Under the pieces are notes generated by a model that ran no database searches, was not told the DNA's origin, and was given only the letters and a program-made list of their open reading frames with translations. DNA of 64,000 nt from Methanobacteriota archaeon (lineage in GTDB: Archaea > Halobacteriota > Methanosarcinia > Methanosarcinales > Methanosarcinaceae). The number at the start of each line of letters is the position of its first letter. Positions within the stretch are counted from its first letter, which is position 1. The position numbers and the translations under genes are program-made. Shown in pieces: positions 40,580 to 50,279 of this stretch. The stretch covers positions 1,532 to 65,531 of the forward strand of contig JASGVX010000003.1 of NCBI GenBank assembly GCA_030054735.1, written 5' to 3'.

Positions 40580-43078
40580 TTATTTGCGGGATAAACTTAT
40601 AATCTCATCAATTTGTTGTGCACGGTTTTTCCATGTATTCTCCTTTGCTTCTTTATCAAGCAAAGCTAGATAGGGTTTATCCTTTTTTAATTTCAGGCCT
40701 TCATCAATCTTTTTGATAAAATCTTCATAATCTTTTCCTATTAAAACTGAGCTGTATTTCCTGCATTCTCTCATATCAGTAGTGACTATCGGCGTGCCAA
40801 GTGCCATATATTCAAAAATTTTTATTGGTGATGTAGATTCTGTAACTTCGTTTAATACAAAAGGAATTATAGAAACATCAAACCATATAGCATACTCTGG
40901 AAGAACTGGATATTTTTTTACTCCCAAATAGTGAATATTATCATAATGATCCAATCTATGATCCTTCATACTCCTGTCATAGTCCCATCCAACAAGTACT
41001 ATTTCATAATTTGGCCTTTTTTCTGCTAGTTCTATTATAAGTTTGTAATCAAACCATGTTGCAAGTGCCCCATAATATCCGATTATCGGGTTTCCTTTTT
41101 TTATAATTGGTCTGAGATCAGACGGGATATTTTCAGGGTTTCTGGTGATATGGAAGTGTTCGTAATCCACGCCATTTGGATTGAGATATACATCGTTTTG
41201 CCTTATTTTTGTTACATCATCGAACAGTTTATCTGCTGTTGCAATGACAACATCAGCAGACTTTATTAGATATTGGTGACGGCGAATTATATTTTCAATA
41301 GAAGTGCCGGAAATATCTTCGGAAATTTCGTCGATGTATTCATAAATAATGAATGCCTTAGACATCAGGCTCTGAATACCATTAAGAGTAATTGCCATAT
41401 TAGTGGATGAAAATAAAAGAATGAATTCTGGTAACTCTTTTATTAATAGGTCGTAACAATTTGTTATATAACACCTATCTTCAATTTTTTGAAAACCTTC
41501 CACATGATCATACTCCTTGCTTCCCGACGAGAAGAAAAATAAATAACCCTCTCTTGAGAGTTGTAATGCAAGTTGTTGAGGGCGTTGAAATAGAGGAATA
41601 TTCCAATCAACTGTCGGAGGATATATGATAATTCCCTTAATCTTACCTTTGTGTTCTTCTAAAATATTATTAAATTCTAATTTATACAGATTTTCTTCTT
41701 CAGCATTATTATTAGAATAAGATTCAGATTTATTGGGACCCACTATCCAATTGAGAAGAGGAGTAACAATTTTTGTTATAGGAGAATTAACGCTGAAATA
41801 TTTCCCGTAATACTGGCTAAATCTCCATGATAATGAACTTTCTCTTTGATTTAGTGTTTCTTTTAAGTCAAGAATTTCATTTGTTTTGTCTTCGAGTTGA
41901 GATTTGAAATCCGAGCTTAGATTTTGCAACTCTTTTATTTTGTTGTCTTTTTCTCCAAGTTTAGATGTGAGATCAAAAGCTACACTTTGCAATTTATGGA
42001 TCTTATTATCCTTTTCTTCAAGCTGGGAGATAAAGTCATCAGTTGCGTTTTGCAATTCATGGATCTTATTATCCTTTTCTTCGAGCTGAGACATAAAGTC
42101 AGCAGCTACATTTTGCAATTCATGGACCTTATTATCCTTTTCTTCGAGCCGGGATATAAAGTCATCAGTTGCGTTTTGCAATTCGTTTATTTTCTGACTT
42201 AACTCATTAACTTCAGTATTTTTATTTTCAAGATAGGAATTTAAAGAAGAAAAATCAAAGTAATACGTATCATTTTCAATTTTTGATTCTTTTCTAAGTA
42301 CATTTTCAATTATTTTTTCATAATTAGACGGGGTATCCTTATTTTTAGGACGTGCTATCAATGCAATTAAATAATTTTGTTCCTGTGGAATAAGTTGTTG
42401 ATCTATATCCCTATATTTTGCTCCCAGTTTGGAATTGACGTAATCAAACAGATCGTAGGTAAAATGCCTTCCAATATATTGTTCTTCAATAACTTCAAGC
42501 CCTGCAGCTTCTGCAAGATGTTTCATGGAGTCTCTGAGCAGTTCCCTCCCCCATATCCAGTCACCTTTTTCCATTGCATGTTGGCGAAATAGAAGATAAG
42601 GCACACTCATTGCATTTGGTACGAGAACAAGGACATATTTTCTGGTAACCTGCTTCATTTTTTTCAAAACTTCAATGACTTCCCAGGCATTAAAATGCTC
42701 AAGTACTCCTGAATTCCAGACAACGTCGTGAGGTTCGACCAGGTCGGCAGATAGGTCAAACATGTCTGCATTAATAAAATTTCCTGTAATATTATTTTGT
42801 TCATAATGCTTTTTTGCTTTTTCCAGAGCTACTTTACTAAAGTCAATAAGTGTTGTCTGAAAACCTCTACCTGCAAGATATCCCGACAAATGCCCACTCC
42901 CAGACCCAACTTCTAGTAAAGAGGAACCAGGTTCAATTCCCAATCCTAATAATAATTGCTCAATCTCTTGACCGAGTTTAATTTCCGAAGTGTTTGCGGT
43001 GTCAGAATAAGTCTCTGCTACATTATCCCACAATTGAGGCGATTGAGAATTAATTGTTATATTGTCATTTTCTTTCAT
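40580..43078 (-). CDS. class I SAM methyltransferase + 21-aa-repeat coiled coil + GT4 (TuaH-like) glycosyltransferase
   Basis: LLEVGSGSG, WNSGVLEHF; five ELQN...LEEKDNK repeats; SLSWR; FQRPQQLA, PNGVDYEHF, SPIKIFEYMALGTPIV. Confidence 0.85.
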   Translation of the reverse strand: MKENDNITINSQSPQLWDNVAETYSDTANTSEIKLGQEIEQLLLGLGIEPGSSLLEVGSGSGHLSGYLAGRGFQTTLIDFSKVALEKAKKHYEQNNITGNFINADMFDLSADLVEPHDVVWNSGVLEHFNAWEVIEVLKKMKQVTRKYVLVLVPNAMSVPYLLFRQHAMEKGDWIWGRELLRDSMKHLAEAAGLEVIEEQYIGRHFTYDLFDYVNSKLGAKYRDIDQQLIPQEQNYLIALIARPKNKDTPSNYEKIIENVLRKESKIENDTYYFDFSSLNSYLENKNTEVNELSQKINELQNATDDFISRLEEKDNKVHELQNVAADFMSQLEEKDNKIHELQNATDDFISQLEEKDNKIHKLQSVAFDLTSKLGEKDNKIKELQNLSSDFKSQLEDKTNEILDLKETLNQRESSLSWRFSQYYGKYFSVNSPITKIVTPLLNWIVGPNKSESYSNNNAEEENLYKLEFNNILEEHKGKIKGIIIYPPTVDWNIPLFQRPQQLALQLSREGYLFFFSSGSKEYDHVEGFQKIEDRCYITNCYDLLIKELPEFILLFSSTNMAITLNGIQSLMSKAFIIYEYIDEISEDISGTSIENIIRRHQYLIKSADVVIATADKLFDDVTKIRQNDVYLNPNGVDYEHFHITRNPENIPSDLRPIIKKGNPIIGYYGALATWFDYKLIIELAEKRPNYEIVLVGWDYDRSMKDHRLDHYDNIHYLGVKKYPVLPEYAIWFDVSIIPFVLNEVTESTSPIKIFEYMALGTPIVTTDMRECRKYSSVLIGKDYEDFIKKIDEGLKLKKDKPYLALLDKEAKENTWKNRAQQIDEIISLSRK
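41870..42184 (-). repeat. 63-bp (21-aa) intragenic tandem repeat x5
   Basis: ELQNATDDFISRLEEKDNKVH and four variants. Confidence 0.92.
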
Positions 43079-43308
43079 GGTATCAAAATTTAGAGATTTG
43101 TTTGTATAGAAGATGAACTGCTAGCCATACCAAAACCAGAAAATAGGTATAGATTATTTTATAATAATTTTTGAATCGATTTTATTGGCGGGAAAAGCTC
43201 TTATTTCAAAGATATCTCATGAATCTTGATCAGTCTTTCCCCATTAAAAGGGAAAAGAACGATATATATTTTTTGAGAATGAAAATATATAAAAAGTTGT
43301 TGAGATAA

Positions 43309-43512
43309 ATGTATCCAATACTTAGAAGATTAATTTGTCCTTTTGACGAGGTTATTCGATATATCCCTTCCTATGGCAAATTACTTGACGTTAGGAGTGG
43401 ATATGGCATATTCTGTTCTGCATTAGGAGAAGAAAAGCCTAATCTCAAGATAATAGGAATAGAAATTGATAAATTTTGGTTTAGAAGCTATTTGTTTTTA
43501 TTAATATTGTGA
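43309..43512 (+). pseudogene. truncated class I SAM methyltransferase fragment
   Basis: KLLDVRSGYG (degenerate motif I) ...IIGIEID, then ends. Confidence 0.6.
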
Positions 43513-43999
43513 GATGGTAGCAAAGGAGTTGAAAAAGTTAATAGAGAACTCCAATTTTGATTTAAACACTGAATAGAGCCTGGTCTAAAGCTTGATGGAT
43601 AGAAGAAAAGTCTCATCAAGAAGGCTATTGAACCGGAAAAATGCTCCTTCAGGAAATAGATTTACCACTTATGAAAAAAACTTACTTGAAAACAACCAGG
43701 TCTCATAAGCCATGGAAAAATAAAGCCGTATGTAACCAGATTTTTATTATGAGATAAATACCTAATTTTTGTCTTGTCTGAAGCCCTATTCATTGTCTCT
43801 TCTACAGACCGAAAGACTGTTATTTCATACCCGCATGATCATCTGCAGGAACATTCTATTCATAACTGAAAAATCTCAGCTTCCTGAACAAGCAAATTTT
43901 AATTTACCATTTTAACTGAAAGCCTTTAATAAGAGTTCTGCAAATTAAAGTCCAAATCCATAACAGAGTTAATACAAAAAATAGATAAGACGTTATTAT

Positions 44000-45052
44000 A
44001 TGATCATAACAAATTTTCTAATTCTTTTACTTGGCCTGGTTTTCCTGGTGAAGGGCTCAGACTATTTCGTGAAATCTGCCTCAGAGATTGCAAAAAAGCT
44101 TGGAGTTTCTGAATTTGTTATAGGGCTGACCCTTGTGGCAGTAGGTACATCAATTCCGGAACTTGCTTCTTCTATTGTTGCTTCTATTCAGCAGGCAAGT
44201 GGTATAGTAATAGGAAACGTTGTAGGCTCAAACATTGTAAACATAGGTTTGATTGTTGGGCTTGCTGCATTTCTTTCTCCGATGAAAACCGAAGTTGAGA
44301 TGCTCAGAAGAGATGGCTATATAATGCTCTTTGCAGCCGTGCTTTTCTTTGTTTTTGCACTCAACGGGGAATTGTCGAAAATTGAGTCCGGCTTATTTTT
44401 ACTGCTGTATATTGCATACACATTTTTCCTGTTTGAAGAAGCAGAAAAATATGACGGAAAACCCTATTTCAAAGAGTTCATAAAGTATTTTTTAAAATTC
44501 CAATATATTAACAGTGCAAGGCAAAAAATCAATGATATAAACAAAGGTGTAAACCATGCTAAGAACTCGGATACGGGCGAAAAAAACGAACAGTTAAAAG
44601 ACGGCTTTGCAAAAGATATCCTTACCCTTATTTTAAGCTGTGCAGCTATTATATTAGGAGCAAAATATTTCGTTAACGAGTCAATATTTTTTGCGGAGCT
44701 CCTGAAACTTCCTGATACTATAATAGGCACAACTCTTGTTGCAGTAGGGACCTCCCTTCCTGAGCTTGCTGTGACTGTATCCGCAGCAAGAAAGGGTTAC
44801 GGAAAAATTGCCCTCGGTAACATAATAGGTTCAAACATCACAAACGTATTTATGATCCTCGGGATTTCAGGGCTTCTATACCCCATAACTGTTGCAGATA
44901 TAAGCCTATTCTTTACGACTCCTGTAATGATATTAATAAGTGTGGTTCTGCTAATTTTTATCAGCACAGGCTGGGAAATAAAAAGATGGGAAGGAGCAGC
45001 ATTGATGGTTCTTTATGCAGCTTTTCTTCCAGTGCTCTTCAGGATTAGCTGA
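44000..45052 (+). CDS. calcium/sodium antiporter (CaCA, YrbG-like)
   Basis: Two alpha repeats GTSIPEL / GTSLPEL and GNVVGSN / GNIIGSN. Confidence 0.93.
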   Translation: MIITNFLILLLGLVFLVKGSDYFVKSASEIAKKLGVSEFVIGLTLVAVGTSIPELASSIVASIQQASGIVIGNVVGSNIVNIGLIVGLAAFLSPMKTEVEMLRRDGYIMLFAAVLFFVFALNGELSKIESGLFLLLYIAYTFFLFEEAEKYDGKPYFKEFIKYFLKFQYINSARQKINDINKGVNHAKNSDTGEKNEQLKDGFAKDILTLILSCAAIILGAKYFVNESIFFAELLKLPDTIIGTTLVAVGTSLPELAVTVSAARKGYGKIALGNIIGSNITNVFMILGISGLLYPITVADISLFFTTPVMILISVVLLIFISTGWEIKRWEGAALMVLYAAFLPVLFRIS

Positions 45053-45089
45053 AAAATATTTGTTCAGAATGGTTGAAATATGATTTCAA

Positions 45090-45225
45090 CCTGCATTCGG
45101 CAGGTCAACATTAAAAATCAGAACATTTTTCTTGATGTCGTTTTATGGTATCCACTATCTAGAAATGAGATTGAAAGTTGCTTAACATGTGGCTTAACTA
45201 TCACCACATATATAAATACTGGATC
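45090..45225 (-). repeat. repeat A, uninterrupted inverted copy, preceded by palindrome GGTTGAAAT-atg-ATTTCAACC (45071-45091)
   Basis: Reverse complement matches the split copy at 40124-40380. Confidence 0.85.
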
Positions 45226-45456
45226 ATTTTTTCATAAAAGTTTAATATGATATATTGTTAATTGATCATATGTAAACCTAAAAGTTAGGTACAAATACTA
45301 TGTATTATTTCAAAATCGGCCTCAATAAAAATTATAAAAAATTAAATGTCACCTGCCGAAAGAAGGATTTAAATTCTAATTTATCATTATTATTTTTAAA
45401 CCGTCTCATTGCATGACCCAGGTATTGTCATTATCTCAGGACAGGAGGTGAATAAG

Positions 45457-45942
45457 ATGGCTAATGAAGACAAAAAAGATTTTAATGCTATGTTGCATGA
45501 TAGCAAGGATATGCCTAAATTTAAGATTATCACAGATGAGCCAAGTATTAAAAAATATGGTGGAAATAGAATGTACTTTGCTCCTCCAATTGACTATGAT
45601 GCCATCATGAAAATGATACCACGTGGGAAAGTTATCACTGTTGGAAAAATTCGTGAGTATTTTGCTATTAAATCAGGTGCAGATTTTACAGAGCCAATCA
45701 CAGCAGGTATTTTTGTGTCTATCGCTGCATGGGCAAGTCATCAAAGAGTAGATGATAAAACTCCTTTCTGGAGGACACTGAAAGCAAATGGCGAACTGAA
45801 TGAGAAATATCCCGGTGGTGCAATGGCACAAAAAGAAAAACTGGAAAAAGAGGGACACACTATAATCCAAAAAGGCAGGAAAAATATCAGATACTTTGTT
45901 AAAGACTATAAGTGTGCTCTCTTTGAATTAAGGATTGATTGA
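45457..45942 (+). CDS. alkyltransferase-like (ATL/MGMT DNA-binding domain) protein
   Basis: IPRGKVIT; PFWR in place of PCHR; GELNEKYPGG...Q..KLE.EG; SD GGAGGTG. Confidence 0.8.
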   Translation: MANEDKKDFNAMLHDSKDMPKFKIITDEPSIKKYGGNRMYFAPPIDYDAIMKMIPRGKVITVGKIREYFAIKSGADFTEPITAGIFVSIAAWASHQRVDDKTPFWRTLKANGELNEKYPGGAMAQKEKLEKEGHTIIQKGRKNIRYFVKDYKCALFELRID

Positions 45943-46050
45943 AATATAACTTCAAGTTTTCACTTTGCTAATGGCTCTATAATTGCACTTCCCAATATCA
46001 TTAATGGAAATGTAGGAAATAAGTCATTGAAATTAAATTTCTGCCATTCC
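45939..46050 (+). repeat. repeat B, copy 2
   Basis: tgaaatat(a/g)acttcaagttttcactttgctaatggctctataattgcacttcccaatatcattaatg shared with 40176-40242, weaker match beyond. Confidence 0.88.
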
Positions 46051-46054
46051 TTAG

Positions 46055-46285
46055 AAATATGTTTTTCAGTGTTCGCCTATGCCATGGGTAAGATATACCT
46101 AGATTTCGCACAGCAATTCCGGAAAGAGAGATAATGCTACTCCGCTGTTTGATTGGGGAAAGTATTGTGAAAAGGATGCTAAATTAATGATACCTATTTC
46201 TGTTAAGGCAGATCATTCTTTTGTTGATGGTATTCATATTGCTGAGTTTGTGAATATGTTAGAAGAAGATCTGAATAGTTTTTAG
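46055..46285 (+). pseudogene. cat: C-terminal remnant of a chloramphenicol acetyltransferase (CatA-like)
   Basis: VFQCSPMPWVRYT*ISHSNSGKRDNATPLFDWGKY...ADHSFVDGIHIAEF; internal TAG at 46100; 5' half absent. Confidence 0.75.
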
Positions 46286-46476
46286 TGGTAAATTCATATT
46301 TTTCATGCTGCGAGATGCGTTGTATTGAATCTTATTACAAAAGAAGTAGAGAATATGTCATGTCTCTCAAGTTGGATTTCAACAAATTACAATTTACACG
46401 GATGATGTTAGAATCACAATCTTAAATAGAACAATATTGAAAAATAATATTTGATTTAAAGGAGAGAAGATCTGAA

Positions 46477-47400
46477 ATGGATTTATACAAAGGATATTTA
46501 ACCGATGTTCCGGGAATAATTGTAGGTCACGCTCAAGACCCTGAAGGAGTGACAGGTGTAACCGTTGCAATATGTGAAAAAGGCGCAGGAGGCGGAGTGG
46601 ATGTGAGAGGATCGGCTCCGGGGACAAGGGAGACCGATCTTTTTCAAGCCGAAAAAACGGTAGACAAAGTCCATGCCATTGTTTTATCCGGCAGTTCGGC
46701 ATTCGGCCTTTCCGCTTCTTCAGGTGTTGCGGATTATCTGGCGGAAAAGAAAATCGGCTTTGAAGTTCAAGGTCATATTGTACCCATAGTTGCCCAAGCT
46801 GTCATATTCGATTTAGCTTTCGGAAATCCTGACATTAAAGTCAATGCGATGATGGGTTATGAAGCTGCAAAAAATGCTTCCTCTGAAGAAAATAGACAGG
46901 GTAATATCGGAGCAGGTACAGGTGCCACGGTAGGAAAAATTTTAGGAAATGATTCCGCCATGAAAGCAGGCCTGGGATCGGCATCTTTAAGGGTTAGAGA
47001 CTTGATTGTTTCCGCTATGGTAGTCGTCAATGCATTGGGAGATGTGTTTGATTTAGACAATCAAATAATCGCCGGCGCCAAAAATCCTCATGGACAAGGC
47101 TTTTTAAATACGGCGGAATTTTATAAAAAATCGGAAGTAAAGATGGGAGAAGGAAATACGACAATCGGCATTATCGCAACAAATGCGAAACTTAGTAAAG
47201 CGGGCGGAAACAAAACTGCACAATTAGCTCAAAACGCTTTCGCCAGAAGAATTGTACCTGCTCACACGGCTTTTGACGGTGACACAATCTTTGTTATGGC
47301 AACAGGAGAAGTCGAGAGCGATATCACCCTTGTGGGAATTCTTGCAGTCGAAGCTATGGAAAAAGCAATAATAAATGCAGTTAAAAGCGTTAAAGACTGA
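46477..47400 (+). CDS. P1/S58 (DmpA-like) peptidase
   Basis: TDVPGIIVGH, DVRGSAPGTRET, GAGTGA, GNTTIG, AHTAFDGD. Confidence 0.9.
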   Translation: MDLYKGYLTDVPGIIVGHAQDPEGVTGVTVAICEKGAGGGVDVRGSAPGTRETDLFQAEKTVDKVHAIVLSGSSAFGLSASSGVADYLAEKKIGFEVQGHIVPIVAQAVIFDLAFGNPDIKVNAMMGYEAAKNASSEENRQGNIGAGTGATVGKILGNDSAMKAGLGSASLRVRDLIVSAMVVVNALGDVFDLDNQIIAGAKNPHGQGFLNTAEFYKKSEVKMGEGNTTIGIIATNAKLSKAGGNKTAQLAQNAFARRIVPAHTAFDGDTIFVMATGEVESDITLVGILAVEAMEKAIINAVKSVKD

Positions 47401-47441
47401 AAGATTTTGGGTGAAGAATTTTCTTATTAAAAAATTCCAAT

Positions 47442-48392
47442 TTATCTGTTCAGGCTCTCAATAAACTCTCTCATTTCCTCGTTTATCTGCTTTTGTCTGA
47501 ATTGATGTATCATATGTCCACAGTCAAGGTCGACTGTTTGTGCATCTGTCAGATCAGAAGCATAATCTTTCTGTGCATTTATCCAGCTTTCTCCGCCTAT
47601 TTCCGAACCGTCCGAAATAAACATGAGCACAGGTACATCCGGTTTGGGTTTACTGTTTATCATACCTATAGCTCCTAAGATATGTTTTCCTTCATTACGA
47701 ACGTTTTTATTGCAGAATTTTGAGCTGGCAACGGCTCGGTATATATCCTTTTCATTTTGTGTCAGGGAATCCGAGAGGGCATTATCGGAAAAAATCAATC
47801 TGACTACTCCTATTTCACGCCCGGCAGAAAGGATATTCACAAGCATATCTTTTTTCCAGCCAAAATATTCCTCATTGTAGGCACCTGGTACACTCATATC
47901 AAGTCCTACAATCGCTTCGACTTCATCGGGATAAGTCTGCGTCCAGAGTATCGCTTCAATTCCAGACATCGAGTGAGGGCAAAGAATGAACGGTCCGTCT
48001 ATTCCTGCTTTTGAAAGGGCCTCTCTGTCCTGCCTGAGCATGGTCTCAAATGATCTTTCATCGTCTGTCACATCGCTGAAACCATAGCCGAATTTCTCAA
48101 TAACAACTACCTTATAATCATCGCTAAGCAGACTGTAAATAGGCTTGTATTCAAGTATCGGTGACACTGTCGCCGATCCTGCCATGAACACAAGTGTGTG
48201 GTCACCCTCACCCTCGGTGTAGATACTCATATTGTGACCGTCCACCTCGACTATCTGTCCGAGTGGTTCACGCAATGGTTCTTCCATTTGGAGCATAACC
48301 CTGTTGTAGATGAACAGCAACAGCAGAAACACGATAAGGATTATTAGAATGACGCGTAGAATTTTACCAGCTATTTTGATTACTTTTTTCAT
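47442..48392 (-). CDS. membrane-anchored alpha/beta hydrolase
   Basis: N-terminal TM; EKFGYGFSD; PHSMSG nucleophile elbow; GHMIH. Confidence 0.85.
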   Translation of the reverse strand: MKKVIKIAGKILRVILIILIVFLLLLFIYNRVMLQMEEPLREPLGQIVEVDGHNMSIYTEGEGDHTLVFMAGSATVSPILEYKPIYSLLSDDYKVVVIEKFGYGFSDVTDDERSFETMLRQDREALSKAGIDGPFILCPHSMSGIEAILWTQTYPDEVEAIVGLDMSVPGAYNEEYFGWKKDMLVNILSAGREIGVVRLIFSDNALSDSLTQNEKDIYRAVASSKFCNKNVRNEGKHILGAIGMINSKPKPDVPVLMFISDGSEIGGESWINAQKDYASDLTDAQTVDLDCGHMIHQFRQKQINEEMREFIESLNR

Positions 48393-48741
48393 ACGATTAT
48401 TACTCCGGAAATCCCGATTTGTCTCAATTTTCTAGCATTATAGCGACCAGGTGTCACATCAAAGCGGAAAAGAGCAAGAGGACAACCGCCCAGCACCCCT
48501 TCCCAATTTTGTAATCCGCCCCCTTTTTTCAGGAGCTTTTTGATTCCGTCTAACCCATTCTCTCTGGCGACGAGAAATAAGGCGGCAAGCAAGGGTCCCC
48601 ACGCACCGTGAACACCAGATTTGTCCACCAGAGAGTATTGGGAAGCACGCCTCTTTTTGCGAGCCCATCGGGAATCCAGAACAGCCAGGTAAAACCTATC
48701 GCTATTACAAAAAATGTAATAAGCTCCACTCTTCTTTTCAT
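48389..48741 (-). pseudogene. N-terminal remnant of a CPBP/CAAX-type intramembrane protease
   Basis: FFVIAIGFTWLFW / GAWGPLLAALFLV / DYKIGKGCWAVVLLLF pieces lie in different frames. Confidence 0.6.
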
Positions 48742-49353
48742 TTTGACCCTCCTTTCAATAATTGAAAGTATATTGATACTATACGCATTAAAAGTAATAA
48801 TACTACCTGTATTTTATCATTTTAATACCCTTGTCGCAACTTTTATTTCTAGCAATCAAATCGACATTTTTCCCAGAACAGGAAAGCTTTATCGACAGTT
48901 TTGCCAAGAGAAGCAAAAGCTTAAAAATAGGCAGACTCGAGCCTGCGGTTTCAATGCACGTTGAAACGGTAGTATTGATAGCAAGGGCCAACAAGTAAGT
49001 GTAGTAAGAAATCTCAGTAGTTCACTAAAGTCTTTCCTTCACTATTAGTCTAGCTAGATTATTGTTTTAAAGAGTACTCTTCATAACTGTTCTTCCCTTC
49101 CTCTCTTTCTAATGATCGTCTTCTGTTCTTCAAGTCTCTTGCCCAAGTTTTCATATTCTTTACAGAATAGGGGATATAAGTACAGGTAAATTTCTATTTT
49201 AAATGCTTCGATTGAAGTTTAAAAAAAGTAAAAATAAGCAAATTGTAGGAGATTTTAATTAAGTGGAGTTAAGGTTCAAAATGACAGCTAAGTTTTCGGC
49301 GACCAACTACGAATTATCCCTCTGGGAACTTTTTTATTTTCATACCTTCCTTT

Positions 49354-49947
49354 TTATTCCCACAGGTTCCTGTTTTTATCAATAAAAGCCCACTGAGTCT
49401 CGGTCTTTGAAGCCGTGTAAATCAGTGCTGCGGGGTGATAAAGTTTCAGGATAGTTCTTCCTTCGTGTTCCACAGGCACTCCCCAATCCAGTTTTTTTTC
49501 CGGGCAGTAGGACTTTTCGGCTGTGTTGCCGAGGAGGATTATGATTTTCGGGTCGAGCAGGGTTATCTGGGCAACAAGGAAGGGTTTACAGCAGTCGATT
49601 TCACTCGCCTTTGGGTTTCTATTTTCCGGAGGGCGGCATTTGACCGTATTTAGCACAGTCCAGTCCTTTTCAGTAAGCCCCATGTAATCTATCATTTTGT
49701 CCAGCTTTTTTCCCGCTCTTCCGCAAAATGGAATTCCTGTTTCATTTTCATTTTTCCCAGGTGCCTCTCCTATAAAGAGCACTTTAGGATTGCAGGACCC
49801 CTTTCCTATTACTCTTTTGATTGCACTTTTATGGAGCTGGCATCGTGTACAGGCGAGTATTTCGCTGCTAATAGCGGCATAACCGGCTTCCACCAGTTTT
49901 CGAACTCGCTCTTCAAAATTTCCACAGTCTTCCTCCTCTGCTGCCAT
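49354..49947 (-). CDS. udg: uracil-DNA glycosylase family 4
   Basis: C..C Fe-S, IGEAPG, PFCGRAG, KCRPPENR, YHPAA. Confidence 0.92.
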   Translation of the reverse strand: MAAEEEDCGNFEERVRKLVEAGYAAISSEILACTRCQLHKSAIKRVIGKGSCNPKVLFIGEAPGKNENETGIPFCGRAGKKLDKMIDYMGLTEKDWTVLNTVKCRPPENRNPKASEIDCCKPFLVAQITLLDPKIIILLGNTAEKSYCPEKKLDWGVPVEHEGRTILKLYHPAALIYTASKTETQWAFIDKNRNLWE

Positions 49948-50279
49948 AAATAATATCTCCTTCGTTTTTTCTCCTATCTCCAGTGAGTATGTTTTATCTG
50001 AAGCTTATACACCTAACCAGTATCTTATTTCTTCCGGCATTTGCTTGCCTTTTTCCTTTAAGCTGGCTTTTTCCCTGTATTTATTGTCTTTTCTCTTATT
50101 TATCGTATAGAAATCCATTTTGAGATATATATGGAACAAACTTATTTATGGAAAAAATTCCATGACAAAGATAAGCAATACTATGATAAAGATAAGCAAG
50201 ATTGAAAAAAAAATATTTTCTAATATTTTATTGGCTGAGTTTTATTCTCTATTATATATAATATTTTATTTACAAAGGT

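Noticed and set aside
46100-46102. Pyrrolysine codon giving a functional Cat
   Set aside because: The N-terminal half and start are missing; an upstream in-frame stop lies at 46052.
49005-49030. Another IS200/IS605 end (AGTAGTTCAC)
   Set aside because: No preceding hairpin; too short to support.
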